Positions 11,681-23,983 of a stretch of 64,000 bases of DNA are shown here, piece after piece (the stretch's first letter is position 1; each line of letters begins with the position of its first letter). A program made the position numbers and the translations under genes. The notes under the pieces were generated by a model, which was given only the letters and a program-made list of their open reading frames with translations, had not been told where the DNA came from and searched no databases. This DNA comes from Carcharhinus amblyrhynchos (lineage: Eukaryota). Where the stretch lies: NCBI GenBank assembly GCA_965287045.1, contig OZ336885.1, positions 49,352,001-49,416,000 of the forward strand, in the 5' to 3' direction.

Positions 11681-14600
11681 GGGGATAATGAGGTTTGGTT
11701 GCACTGTATGGATGATAGTGAGGTTTGGTTGCAACATGGGGTGGTAGCAAGGTTTGACTGCACTGTGTGGGGGATAACAAGGTTTGATTGCACTGTGTGG
11801 GGGGATAGTGAGGTTTGATTGCACTGTGTAAGGGATAACAAGGTTTGATTGCACTGTGTAAGGGATAACAAGGTTTGATTGCACTGTGTGGGGAACAGTG
11901 AAGTTTGATTGCACTGTGTGGAGGATAGGAGGTTTGATGGAACTATGTGGGGAATAGTAAGGTTTGGCTGCACTGTGTGGGGGGATAGTAAGGTTTGGTT
12001 GCACCGTGTTGGGGGGATAGCAAGATTTCATTGCACTGTGTGGGGGATAGTGAGGTTTGGTTGCGCTGTGTGGGGGATGGCAAGGTTTGATTGCACTGTG
12101 TGGGGGATAGTGAAGTTTGGTTGCACTGTGTGCGGGATGGCAAGGTTTGATTGCACAGTGTGGGGGATAGTGAGGTTTGATTGCACTGTGTGGGGGGGAT
12201 AGTGAGGTTTGATTGCACAGTGTGGGGGATAGTGAGGTTTGATTGCACTGTGTGGGGGATAGTGAGGTTTGATTGCACTGTGTGGGGGGGATAGTGAGGT
12301 TTGATTGCACAGTGTGGGGGATAGTGAGGTTGGATTGCACAGTGTGGGGGATAGTGAGGTTTGATTGCACTGTGTGGGGGATAGTGAGGTTTGATTGCAC
12401 TGTGTGGGGGGGATAGTGAGGTTTGATTGCACTGTGTGGGGATAGTGAGGTTTGATTGCACAGTGTGGGGGGGATAGTAAGGTTTGATTGCACTGTGTGG
12501 GGGATAGTAAGGTTTGATTGCACTGTGTGGGGGGGATAGTGAGGTTTGATTGCACTGTGTGGGGGATAGTAAGGTTTGATTGCACTGCGTAAGGGATAAC
12601 AAGGTTTGATTGCACAGTGTGGGGGATAGTGAGGTTTGATTGCACTGTGTGGGGGATAGTGAGGTTTGATTGCACTGCGTAAGGGATAACAAGGTTTGAT
12701 TGCACAGTGTGGGGGATAGTGAGGTTTGATTGCACTGTGTGGGGGGGATAGTGAGGTTTGATTGCACTGTGTGGGGGATAGTAAGGTTTGATTGCACTGT
12801 GTGGGGGGGATAACAAGGTTTGATTGCACTGTGTGGGGGATAGTGAGGTTTGATTGCACTGTGTGGGGGATAGTGAGGTTTGATTGCACTGTGTGGGGGA
12901 TAGTGAGGTTTGATTGCACTGTGTGGGGGATAGTGAGGTTTGATTGCACTGTGGGGGGGATAGTGAGGTTTGATTGCACTGTGTGGGGGATAGTGAGGTT
13001 TGATTGCACTGTGGGGGGGATAGTGAGGTTTGATTGCACTGTGTGGGGGATAGTAAGGTTTAATTGCACTGTGTAAGGGATAACAAGGTTTGATTGCACT
13101 GTGTGGGGGATAGTAAGGTTTGATTGCACTGTGTAAGGGATAACAAGGTTTGATTGCACTGTGTGGGGGATAGTAAGGTTTGATTGCACTGTGTAAGGGA
13201 TAACAAGGTTTGATTGCACTGTGTAAGGGATAACAAGGTTTGATTGCACTGTGTGGGGGATAGTAAGGTTTGATTGCACTGTGTAAGGGATAACAAGGTT
13301 TGATTGCACTGCGTAAGGGATAACAAGGTTTGATTGCACTGTGTGGGGAATAGTGAAGTTTGATTGCACTGTGTGGAGGATAGGAGGTTTGATGGAACTA
13401 TGTGGGGAATAGTAAGGTTTGGCTGCACTGTGTGGGGATAGTAAGATTTGGTTGCACCGTGTTGGGGGATAGCAAGATTTGATTGCACTGTGTGGGGGAT
13501 AGTGAGGTTTGATTGCACTGTGTGGGGGATAGTGAGGTTTGATTGCACTGTGTGGGGGATAGTGAGGTTTGATTGCGCTGTGTGGGGGATAGTGAGGTTT
13601 GATTGCACTGTGTGGGGGATAGTGAGGTTTGATTGCACTGTGTGGGGGATAGTGAGGTTTGATTGCACTGTGTGGGGGGGATAGTAAGGTTTGATTGCAC
13701 TGCGTAAGGGATAACAAGGTTTGATTGCACTCTGTGGGGGATAACAAGGTTTGATTGCACTGTGTGGGGGATAGTGAGGTTTGATTGCACTGTGTGGGGG
13801 GGATAACAAGGTTTGATTGCACTGTGTGGGGGATAGTAAGGTTTGATTTCACTGTGTAAGGGATAACAAGGTTTGATTGCACTGTGTAGGGGGGATAGTG
13901 AGGTTTGATTGCACTGTGTGGGGGATAGTAAGGTTTGATTGCACTGTGTAAGGGATAACAAGGTTTGATTGCACTGTGTGGGGGATAGTAAGGTTTGATT
14001 GCACTGTGTAAGGGATAACAAGGTTTGATTGCACTGTGTAAGGGATAACAAGGTTTGATTGCACTGTGTGGGGGATAGTGAAGTTTGATTGCACTGTGTG
14101 GAGGATAGGAGGTTTGATGGAACTATGTGGGGAATAGTAAGGTTTGGCTGCACTGTGTGGGGATAGTAAGGTTTGGTTGCACCGTGTTGGGGGATAGCAA
14201 GATTTGATTGCACTGTATGGGGGATAGTGAGGTTTGATTGCACTGTGTGGGGGATAGTGAGGTTTGATTGCACTGTGTGGGGGGGATAGTGAGGTTTGAT
14301 TGCACTGTGTAGGAGGGGATAGTGAGGTTTGATTGCACTGTGTGGGGGATAGTGAGGTTTGATTGCACAGTGTGGGGGATAGTGAGGTTTGATTGCACTG
14401 TGTGGGGGGGATAGTGAGGTTTGATTGCACTGAGTGGGGGATAGTGAGGTTTGATTGCACTGTGTGGGGGATAGTGAGGTTTGATTGCACAGTGTGGGGG
14501 ATAGTGAGGTTTGATTGCACAGTGTGGGGGATAGTGAGGTTTGATTGCACAGTGTGGGGGATAGTGAGGTTTGATTGCACTGTGTGGGGATAGTGAGGTT

Positions 14601-15640
14601 TGATTGCACAGTGTGGGGGATAGTGAGGTTTGATTGCACTGTGTAGGGGGGATAGTGAGGTTTGATTGCACTGTGTAGGGGGGGATAGTGAGGTTTGATT
14701 GCACTGTGTAGGGGGGGATAGTGAGGTTTGATTGCACTGTGTGGGGGATAGTGAGGTTTAATTGCACTGTGTGGGGGGGATAGTGAGTTTGATTGCACTG
14801 TGTAGGGGGGGATAGTGAGGTTTGATTGCACTGTGTAGGGGGGGATAGTGAGGTTTGATTGCACTGTGTGGGGGGGATAGTGAGGTTTGATTGCACTGTG
14901 TGGGGGATAGTGAGGTTTAATTGCACTGTGTGGGGGGGATAGTGAGTTTGATTGCACTGTGTAGGGGGGGATAGTGAGGTTTGATTGCACTGTGTAGGGG
15001 GGGATAGTGAGGTTTGATTGCACTGTGTGGGGGGGATAGTGAGGTTTGATTGCACAGTGGGGGGGATAGTGAGGTTTGATTGCACAGTGGGGGGGATAGT
15101 GAGGTTTGATTGCACTGTGTAGGGGGGGATACTGAGGTTTGATTGCACTGTGTAGGGGGGATAGTGAGGTTTGATTGCACTGTGTGGGGGATAGTGAGGT
15201 TTAATTGCACTGTGTGGGGGGGATAGTGAGGTTTGATTGCACTGAGTGGGGGATAGTAAGGTTGGATTGCACTGTGTGGGGGGGATAGTGAGGTTTGATT
15301 GCACTGTGTAGGGGATAGTGAGGTTGGATTGCACAGTGTGGGGGATAGTGAGGTTTGATTGCACTGTGTGGGGGGGATAGTGAGGTTTGATTGCACTGTG
15401 TAGGGGATAGTGAGGTTGGATTGCACAGTGTGGGGGATAGTGAGGTTTCGTTGCACCTTGGGGGATAGTGAGGTTTGGTTGCATCATGGAAAGATAGTGT
15501 GGTTTGGTTGCACTGTGGGCATAATGAAGTTTGGTTGCCCTGTGGGGAGGATAGTGAGGCTTGGTTGCACTGTGTTAGGGGGATAGTGAGGCTTGGTTGC
15601 ACTGTGTTGGGGGGATAGTGAGGTTTGGTTGCACTGTGGG
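11681..15640 (+). repeat. G-rich minisatellite, ~30-bp unit GGGGGATAGTGAGGTTTGATTGCACTGTGT, about 130 units
   Basis: Directly visible; variable G-run length and recurring variant blocks. Confidence 0.98.
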
Positions 15641-16974
15641 TTAACGGTGAGTTGCATCTGCATTGTCCTCTTTGGGGACTGTAGCTACTAGCTTGAAGCC
15701 AGGTGGTGACGATGCAAGTTGTGTGAAAGATGACCAAAGAAGGGAGGGTCAGCGGGGAAGGGTGGGACAATGGCCAGGCCAAAGGCAGAAAGGTATAATG
15801 CAATCTGTCTGGGTGCCTTTAGGTTAAGGCATGCAGACCTTCGACGTCATGAGGTAATCGCAGGATCGGCAACTTCCTGCCCACCCCACCCCCTCATCTC
15901 CCCTGGAAGAATCTGGAAAATCTTCAGGAATGCATATCTAAGAAGCTGAACAGCTCATGGTCAGCAGGATTCCACCCCACCCGATAGCAGGAATAGCTCC
16001 CATTTCAGCACCCAGCACCAAACCTAGACTCCAGATTGAAAGATTCCAGCCAAGATTTCCCTTCATCTGCACTTCCCCTGCTTGAGGCTCACACATATAC
16101 CCTGTCTTTAAATTTGCTGCTGTTAATGCATTGGAATCTAATCACCAGCCGGTTTCATACAATGTGACTGGATAAATAAATAAACTGTTCAAGTCTGCTG
16201 TAGCATGCTGTGTGCTATTACTGAATGTAAACACAGCAGATGCTTGCTAATAAGCATCTTCCGTTAAAGAGGACATTTATTGATAGCTCTGATTCATCTT
16301 GGCTTTGTTCTAATGAGGAAATTTGGAGTTCTGTGCAACATATAGGCCTGTTGTTAGCTTGTACGAATTAGTTGCAAGCTACACTGCTGCCTCATTACAA
16401 TTGCAAAATGTAGCTGATGTAAGCATTTTACAGAAGAGCTACAGGCTTCGTTTCATTAGAATGAAGTTAACTAAGTACCTGACCTTTTTGTGAAGACTGC
16501 TGATTATGTTCTTCACAAACTGAATTAGTAGATGTAAGTACTCTGAATGATTGAAACTAGTATGATCTTTATAGAAGGATTTGCATATTATTTTTAACCC
16601 TGCTGCGGTTTACAATAGATTCATTTCAAAGGAGACCAATGGGTCAACTTTAACTTTTTTAGTGCCAATCACAAAGAAGTTGTTAGATGTTTAATAATGG
16701 GCATACACATACTGAGTCTCTTTAAAAACTCACAATATTGCTAATGGAGTTTGATTCGTCTCCTCTGATGTCAATGAAGTGACATCTCAACAATGCCATT
16801 TCCCTAATCAGAAGTTAGCAAAGGAAATAGGTACCAAAATATGTAATCTCATCAAGACTGCATGTTAAGCAGATGTCTTGCTGTGAATAGTCCAGTTTAC
16901 TAGAGAGTTTGAGTAATAAATAGTACTGAAACCAATCAATAAATGCCAGCCTGACATGCATCTAATAATATAAA

Positions 16975-17268
16975 AGAAAGACTTGCACTTTCATAATGCC
17001 TTTCATGACCTTTGAAAATCTCAAAATATTTCACAAATGCATACAATACTTTTTTGACATGTGATCACCTTCTGAGCGTAAGAAACATGGTAGCCAACCC
17101 ATGCCCAGCAAGGTCCCACAGATTGCATTGCAATACTGACCAGATAAATTGTGTTAGTGTTGAATGTGGACACTGAGAAAGAAACACCCATCTCCTCTTC
17201 CAATAGCACCGTTCAGATTAGAGGACAGGCAGGACCTTGACTTAACATCTCTTCTGAAGAATGGCACA
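16975..17268 (-). mobile_element. DeuSINE-like SINE
   Basis: Reverse complement of the CTGTGGGACCTTGCTG...TGGCTACCATGTTTC Deu-type core and GCAAGTCTTTC tail. Confidence 0.6.
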
Positions 17269-17572
17269 AAAGCAATGACAACCACTTGTGTTTACACAAA
17301 GCCTTTAATGTAATGAAAGGCACAAAACTCCTTACCCAAGAATTATCTATCTTTAACACTGAGCTAAATGATGGGCAAATAACCAAAAGCTTGGTCAAAG
17401 AGGTAGACTTAAGTGCCATGTTAAAGGAGGTGGGTGTGGTATAGGGAGGAAAGTACAGAGCTTGGAACCAAAGCAGTCAATGGCATTTAAATGAAGGTGG
17501 ATTAACAGTTACAGGGATGGGCAAGAGACCAGAACTTAAGGAATGCAGAGATTTCAAATGTTCTCTGGCTGG

Positions 17573-18479
17573 AGAACATAGAACATAGAACATAGAACAT
17601 TACAGCGCAGAACAGGCCCTTCGGCCCACGATGTTGCGCCGACCAGTTACAAAAACAATGACCCACTAGCCTATACCAATCCCTTTTCGTCCATAAACCT
17701 ATCCAGAGATCTCTTAAACGCCCCCAAACTAGGCGCATTTACAACTGCAGCAGGCAGGGCATTCCAATCTCTCACCACCCGCTGGGTAAAGAACCTACCC
17801 CTGACATCTGTCCTGTAGCTACCCCCCCTTAATTTAAAGCCATGCCCCCTCGTGCTAGCTTTCTCCATCCGAGGAAAAAGGCTATCACTATCCACCCTAT
17901 CTAAACCTCTAATCATCTTATATGTTTCAATAAGATCCCCTCTTAGCCGCCTTCTTTCCAACGAAAACAACCCTAAATCCCTCAGTCTCTCCTCATAGGA
18001 CCTCCCCACCATGCCAGGCAACATCCTAGTAAACCTCCTCTGCACCCTCTCCAAAGCCTCCACATCCTTCTTGTAATGTGGGGACCAGAACTGCACACAG
18101 TACTCCAAGTGCGGCCGCACCAGAGTAGTGTACAGTTGCAACATGACGCTGCGACTCCTAAATTCAATCCCCCTACCAATAAACGCCAAGACACCGTACG
18201 CCTTCTTAACAACCTTATCTACTTGATTCCCAACTTTCAGGGATCTATGTACACATACACCTAGATCCCTCTGTTCATCCACACTATTCAAAGTCCTCCC
18301 GTTAGCCCTATACTCAACACATCTGTTATTCCTACCAAAGTGAATTACCTCACACTTCTCCGCATTAAATTCCATCCGCCACCTCTCGGCCCAGCTCTGC
18401 AACCTATCTAAGTCTCCCTGCAGACTATGACACCCTTCCTCACAATCTACCACACCTCCGACTTTGGTGTCATCAGCAA
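17573..18479 (-). mobile_element. Young 5'-truncated CR1 (HER1-like) LINE with uninterrupted RT C-terminal frame
   Basis: ORF 17671-18483: ADDTKVGG...WRMEFNAEKCEVIHFG...[13 protein letters not shown]...FFTQRVV; GGGCCGAAGGGCC stem-loop and (TTCTATG)n tail. Confidence 0.95.
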
Positions 18480-18481
18480 CC

Positions 18482-19045
18482 AATGGGATCCACTGAGGAA
18501 GAGCATTTTGCCAACCTGGATGTGATCTTGAAGAGATTTCAAAAGGCAGGTGAAAAGAGAAAAGTACACCTTCTAAGTGAATGAGGTGGCTTATCTACAT
18601 TACGGAATGGGTGCACACGGGTTTTTACATCCCATGGAGAACATAATAAGAGCCATTAAAACAGGACTAGCCCTAGGAACACATCAGAACTCAAACCTTT
18701 CCTCGGGCTAGTCAACTACTATGGGTGGTTCCTCCCAAATCTATCAACATTGCTGGCATCTTTCATATTATTGAAGAAATGACAGAGGTGGTGCTGGAAA
18801 ACAGTACAATAAAACAAGCAGTTCAATCATCATGCTTGTTAGTATATTTTGACCCCACTAAAATTTGGTTCTCACTTGTGATGCATCCCTCCATGGGGTG
18901 GGAGCTGTGCTTTCCCATAGGATGAATGATGGATCAGCGAGACCCATTGGATGTGTATCAAGAATGCTTTCAGCTGCAAAAGAATATTCTCAAATTGAAA
19001 AGGATGGCCTCAGTTGAATTACCATTTTTATGGTATTAAAAAATT
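18482..19045 (+). repeat. 564-bp inverted duplicate of Gypsy pol segment 22955-23518
   Basis: Reverse complement matches by eye; identical 66-aa ORFs at 18725-18925(+) and 23075-23275(-). Confidence 0.95.
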
Positions 19046-19214
19046 ACAGAGGTTACAGAGATAAGGTATGGCAAAGTCATAGAAGAATAAAGAGTTCAGG
19101 ACTAAGACAGTGAAGTATCCTTAATTTGTTTTCTGGAGTGGAAGCTACAGCTTCAGACACCACTGCATTGATGCAATGGAGATTTCTGGAGAACGAAAAG
19201 CCTTGAAAATTCTT

Positions 19215-19598
19215 TTATTGAGAAAAGAGTACTCTAAGGTGTGACATATAGAGATCTTTAACATTTGAGGTAGGTTGCTGGGGTAGACGTGGAGAAGATA
19301 TTTCTAGTTTTGGGGAGTTCAAAACTAAGGCTGTTAAATATAAATTAGTTACCAATATATCCAATAAATAATTCAGGAGAAAGATCTTTCCCCAAACAGT
19401 AGTTAGAATGTGAAACTGGCTACCACAAAGAGTAGTCAAGACAAATAGAATAGATGCACTTCAGGAGAAACAAGGTAACTATATGAATGATAAAAGTATA
19501 GAAGGACATGTTGATAACATTAGATAAAGTAAGGTGAGAACCACCGTGACGTTGAATTGGTTAGTCTGTTTTTGTGCTGTAACTTCTATGTAATTCAA
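19215..19598 (+). mobile_element. Old CR1 3' fragment
   Basis: Degenerate LEKRRLRGD / FFPQTVVRM region and TGTGCTGTAACTTCTATG tail. Confidence 0.65.
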
Positions 19599-19801
19599 TG
19601 AAATCCACAGCTTAAAATCTTACAGAGTGCATTGAAATCAATTCTCCGAGCCACACATCATCCTGATTTGGAAATATATCACCGTTCCTTCATTGTCACT
19701 GAATCAAAATGCTGCAGCTCCCTCCCTGACAGCACTGTAGATCTATCTGCACCATATACACTGAATGAGTTCAAGAAGACAGCTCACCACCACGTTCTCA
19801 A

Positions 19802-20291
19802 CACCTGTGTTGATGTTTTTCTTTTTACTCCACAGGTGCTTCGGTCCGCCTTGTTGTCCAACAAGGGGCATACGCACGGTGGGTCGTGCGTGGGCTGCTC
19901 TTGGATGTTTCGAGAGTAGCCCAGTACTTTGCATTGTTTGTGTGCTCTTAAAACTGGACCAGCAGATGGGCACCATGACAGCTCAGTGACTATCACTGTT
20001 TGCTGTGCAGATACATGGATTTGGGCCAGTGTCTGTGGGAGTTCTCCCTGTGGTTGCATGGGTTTCCTCCGGGTGCTCCGGTTTCCTCCCACACTCCAAA
20101 GATGTGCTGTTAGGCTGATTGGTGTAACAAATTGTCCCTAAATTATTCTCCCCTTAATCTGGTTTCCAATGGGGGTACCATAAGCATAGACATGAGTCAA
20201 GGTTGGAGGAGGAAAAGCACATTCTTAAGATGGCGGCATGGGCTCGTGGGCCGAAGGGCCTGTTTCCCGTGCTGTGTTGTTCTTTGTTTTT
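19802..20291 (+). mobile_element. 5'-truncated copy (3' UTR only) of chimeric CR1 with embedded V-SINE body
   Basis: Homologous to 57590-58076(-); TSD GTTCTCAA (19794-19801 / 20292-20299); splits an older LINE 3' end (19645-19801 and 20300-20375). Confidence 0.85.
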
Positions 20292-21534
20292 GTTCTCAAA
20301 TAGATCAAATAGGGATGGGCAATATATACTGGCCTAGCCAGTGACACCCACATCCCATAAATGAATAAATTAATAAAAGATGCCTTTTGTTATTCCCAAG
20401 CTCCCCAGAACTGAATGTTGAGAAGTTGTGGTCTGTTGCAGGATTAGGGGGGTGAAAATTTAAAATGCAAAACCCCAGCCTCGAAGTTTGTCAGACATAT
20501 TAAGATATATTAAAGTCTAAAGTTTTGAGCAGGCTACAAGAAGGCAAAGATATTTCAGGCTTAAACACCCATTCTAGAACACCAAGGAAACACACAACTC
20601 TGACTTCTCAGGATCTCAAACCTGAAGAACTGTTCTCCTTAAAATGAGAAGAAGGTGTTGGAGCCTCTGCCAACAGCGGAGATTCCTTTACTGCAAAAAC
20701 CACATTAACCAAAATTAGGCTGGCAGGACATAAATAACTGTTATATCTTATTGCTTATCCTTGAGCCTTTTTTTTCCTTAAAATGGCGGGGCCATCAAGA
20801 ATGAATCATCTGATTCTGAAGAAATGCTGTTCTTCTGTGAATCAACCCAGTAGCAGTGTAAGAAATGGTTCAGTGCTTGAAGGACATGTCAGAGCCAAAT
20901 GATATCATAAACATGGATACGTTAATGGTGTGTCTTTAACAGCAGCAAAAGGCTTTATTTCCACGGTCCTGGTTCCATTAAGAGATTTTGTTGTACATGG
21001 TAAGCACTATGTAGAATGGCAGTATTAATAATTTATCACTGTCAGATGGTAAGTACTTGGCCAATGTCCAAATGATGACACTTCTCAAAATGTTTTACTT
21101 GTTTAGAGATAAAAGTATCCTAACCGAATTGCAGCAACTCCCCAAGGTTTTTCCTAAACTTGTAACCCCCATCACCTAAAAGGACAAGGGTAGCAGGCAC
21201 ATGGGAACACCACCATCTTCTGGTGTAAAGTCATACACTTTTCTGACTTGGAAATATATTGGCCATTCCTTCATCGGCACTAGGTCATAGTCCTGGAATT
21301 TGCTCCTGTGATAATTATAATGATTGATAACCATCCAGTTAACAAAAACAACTATTTATTGACTAACTCAAACTATGTACAGAATCCTTCAATATGCGTC
21401 TTCTCCATTCAGCTCTATGATCAATACTGATGGTAAAAGCCCTGGCTCAGCCCCAGGATTTGCATGCTCCCTCTGCACCCCTTTAAAGGGCTCGCTACTA
21501 CATACCTCTCCCTTAAAGTCCCTTATTATACAAT

Positions 21535-21661
21535 GGGCAGGATTTTCCAGCCGCGCTCACCCTGAAACCCGAAATCCCTGCCCGAGGTCAATGCGCCTTT
21601 CCATGGACCACCTCTCACCTACTACGATTCTCGTCATGGGCAGAACTGGAATGTTTTCTCC
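21535..21661. mobile_element. MITE (Harbinger-like)
   Basis: GGGCAGGATTTTCC terminus; 3-bp TSD AAT/AAT. Confidence 0.7.
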
Positions 21662-22277
21662 AATAGCTTGAAAAGTTTGGCTACTTAAACAACATGAGCT
21701 ATAATAAATAATTCTAGCAGCTCATCAGAAACCCAGTCTGCCAGGGGGCATTCGCTTTCTCTGATTATGATTATGATTCAACAGCAGAGGTTGATTCGAT
21801 TGGATTTTCTTGAGCCTGACTCTCCTCTTGTACAAGCACATTACCTTCCACTATTTCCATTGCTTCATTGTGATCAACACTTAGTTCTGCGGCAGGCTGA
21901 ATTTCCTCTTCACTCCTTTGAGCAATGACAATACTACTTTAGAATTTTGTCCTGAATTTCCACTTTGTAGTTCTCTGGGCCAGTTCTGGACACTGCAACC
22001 TGGGACCCAACTTGGTCTGTTTCCAAAATCTTTTATAAATACTGGATCATCTGATTCAAATGTTCTCTTGACTTTTGATCATGGTTCCTTTTCTGCGCAT
22101 GCTGTCTTGACTCCACCCTCCCTGCCAAACTTGGAACTATCAGGATCAACTTGGTCCTCATACCCCGACCCATCAGCAGTTCAGCAGGAATAATTCCAGT
22201 GGTCGTATGTGGTGGTCCTGTAAACAAGCAGAAATCTTGCTAACATTGCCTCAAGGGACTCCGTTGATAATTTCTTA

Positions 22278-22705
22278 AAAGTAAAGTTTATTTATCAGTC
22301 ACAAGTAAGGCATATATTAATTTTGCAATGAAGTTACTGTGAAATTCCCCAGCCCCCACAGTCTGGGGCCTGTTCAGGTCAAGGCACCTAACTAGCATGT
22401 CTTTCAGAATGTGGGAGGAAACTGGATAATATTTATTTATTTATTAGCATCACAAGTAGGCTTACATTAACATTGCAATGAAGTTACTGTGAAAATCCCC
22501 TAGTTACCACACTCCAGTGCCTGTTGGTGTACACTGAGGGAGAATTTAGCATGGCCAATGCACCCAACCAGCACGTCTTTCGGACTGTGGGAAGAAACCG
22601 GAGTATCCGGAGGAAATCCTCGCAGACATGAGAAGAATGTGCAAACCCCACACAGGCAGTGACCCAAGCCGGGAATTGAACCCAGTTATGTGGCACTGTG
22701 AGGCA
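22278..22705 (-). mobile_element. Two stacked V-SINE copies, alternative tail
   Basis: Repeated TTTATT..TCACAAGTA.GC..ACATTAAC..TGCAATGAAGTTACTGTGAAA tail and V-domain. Confidence 0.85.
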
Positions 22706-23840
22706 TCTCAAGTGCTGCCCACTTGAGATACTGGGGAGGTGGCATGCTTTCTGGTAATAGGAGGTGAATTAGGGTGTCTGCATGTACTGTGTGTGCCCCT
22801 GGCTGTGTTCAAAAGTTTAAGCTGCCAATATCAATGTCCATCATCATATTCTAGCAGGCATAATTGGGAAAATTGCTTTGTCTTCCTCATAAAGTCCTAA
22901 CAGAGACTTGTAGTCAGTTATGATGGTGAAATATCACCAGTAGATTTTTGATAAAATTTTTTAATACCATAAAAATGGTAATTCAACTGAGGCCATCCTT
23001 TTCAATTTGAGAATATTCTTTTGCAGCTGAAAGCATTCTTGATACACATCCAATGGGTCTCGCTGATCCATCATTCATCCTATGGGAAAGCACAGCTCCC
23101 ACCCCATGGAGGGATGCATCACAAGTGAGAACCAAATTTTAGTGGGGTCAAAATATACTAACAAGCATGATGATTGAACTGCTTGTTTTATTGTACTGTT
23201 TTCCAGCACCACCTCTGTCATTTCTTCAATAATATGAAAGATGCCAGCAATGTTGATAGATTTGGGAGGAACCACCCATAGTAGTTGACTAGCCCGAGGA
23301 AAGGTTTGAGTTCTGATGTGTTCCTAGGGCTAGTCCTGTTTTAATGGCTCTTATTATGTTCTCCATGGGATGTAAAAACCCGTGTGCACCCATTCCGTAA
23401 TGTAGATAAGCCACCTCATTCACTTAGAAGGTGTACTTTTCTCTTTTCACCTGCCTTTTGAAATCTCTTCAAGATCACATCCAGGTTGGCAAAATGCTCT
23501 TCCTCAGTGGATCCCATTATCAGAACATCTTGCCAGATAAATCCCGTAGCAAACTCTCCATTGTACTTTGAAAAGTGACACAAGCCGATGAGACCCTGGT
23601 GCTAGAAATGTGTACTGATATAACCTTTGTGCACATTGATGATGGTATACTGTCTTGGTGCGTTGTCTTGCTCTAATTGTTGGTAAGTTCATGACCAGCT
23701 TGGTATATGTTAAACCCTTAGCCCTTCGCATACAGGTCCTCTATTTCAGAGTTGGGTACCTAGCTAGCTTCACAGCCTGGTTTATTATCAGCTTGTAGTT
23801 GACATATATATGGATGATCTTGTCTGGTTTGATTATGGTA

Positions 23841-23983
23841 AACACAATAAGAAGTCTCACAACACCAGGTTAAAGTCCAACAGGTTTATTTGGTAGCAAA
23901 TGCCACTACCTGTTGGACTTTAACCTGGTGTTCTGAGACTTCTTACTGTGTTTACTCCAGTCCAATGCTGGCATCTCCACATC
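23841..23983. mobile_element. Penelope-like terminal remnant with inverted arms
   Basis: CACCAGGTTAAAGTCCAACAGG...CCTGTTGGACTTTAACCTGGTG; 12-bp TSD TTGATTATGGTA. Confidence 0.85.

Noticed and set aside
11681-15640. CRISPR-like array, or array of V(D)J recombination signals (CACAGTG/CACTGTG in nearly every unit)
   Set aside because: No unique spacers and the context is eukaryotic; the nonamer-like AATCAAACC lies 1 bp from the heptamer instead of 12 or 23 bp, and no V/D/J segments are visible
11621-15803. Long ORFs (up to 753 aa) of HTVQSNLTIP / TQCNQTSLSP / HSAIKPHYPP repeats
   Set aside because: All three minus frames are open because the 30-bp unit lacks stops; frequent G-run indels switch frames freely, so there is no sign of coding constraint
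20783-21048. ATG-initiated frame MAGPSRMNH... with in-frame TGA and GTAAG donors (selenoprotein or pseudo-exon)
   Set aside because: No recognisable homology and no SECIS seen; the frame closes again soon after
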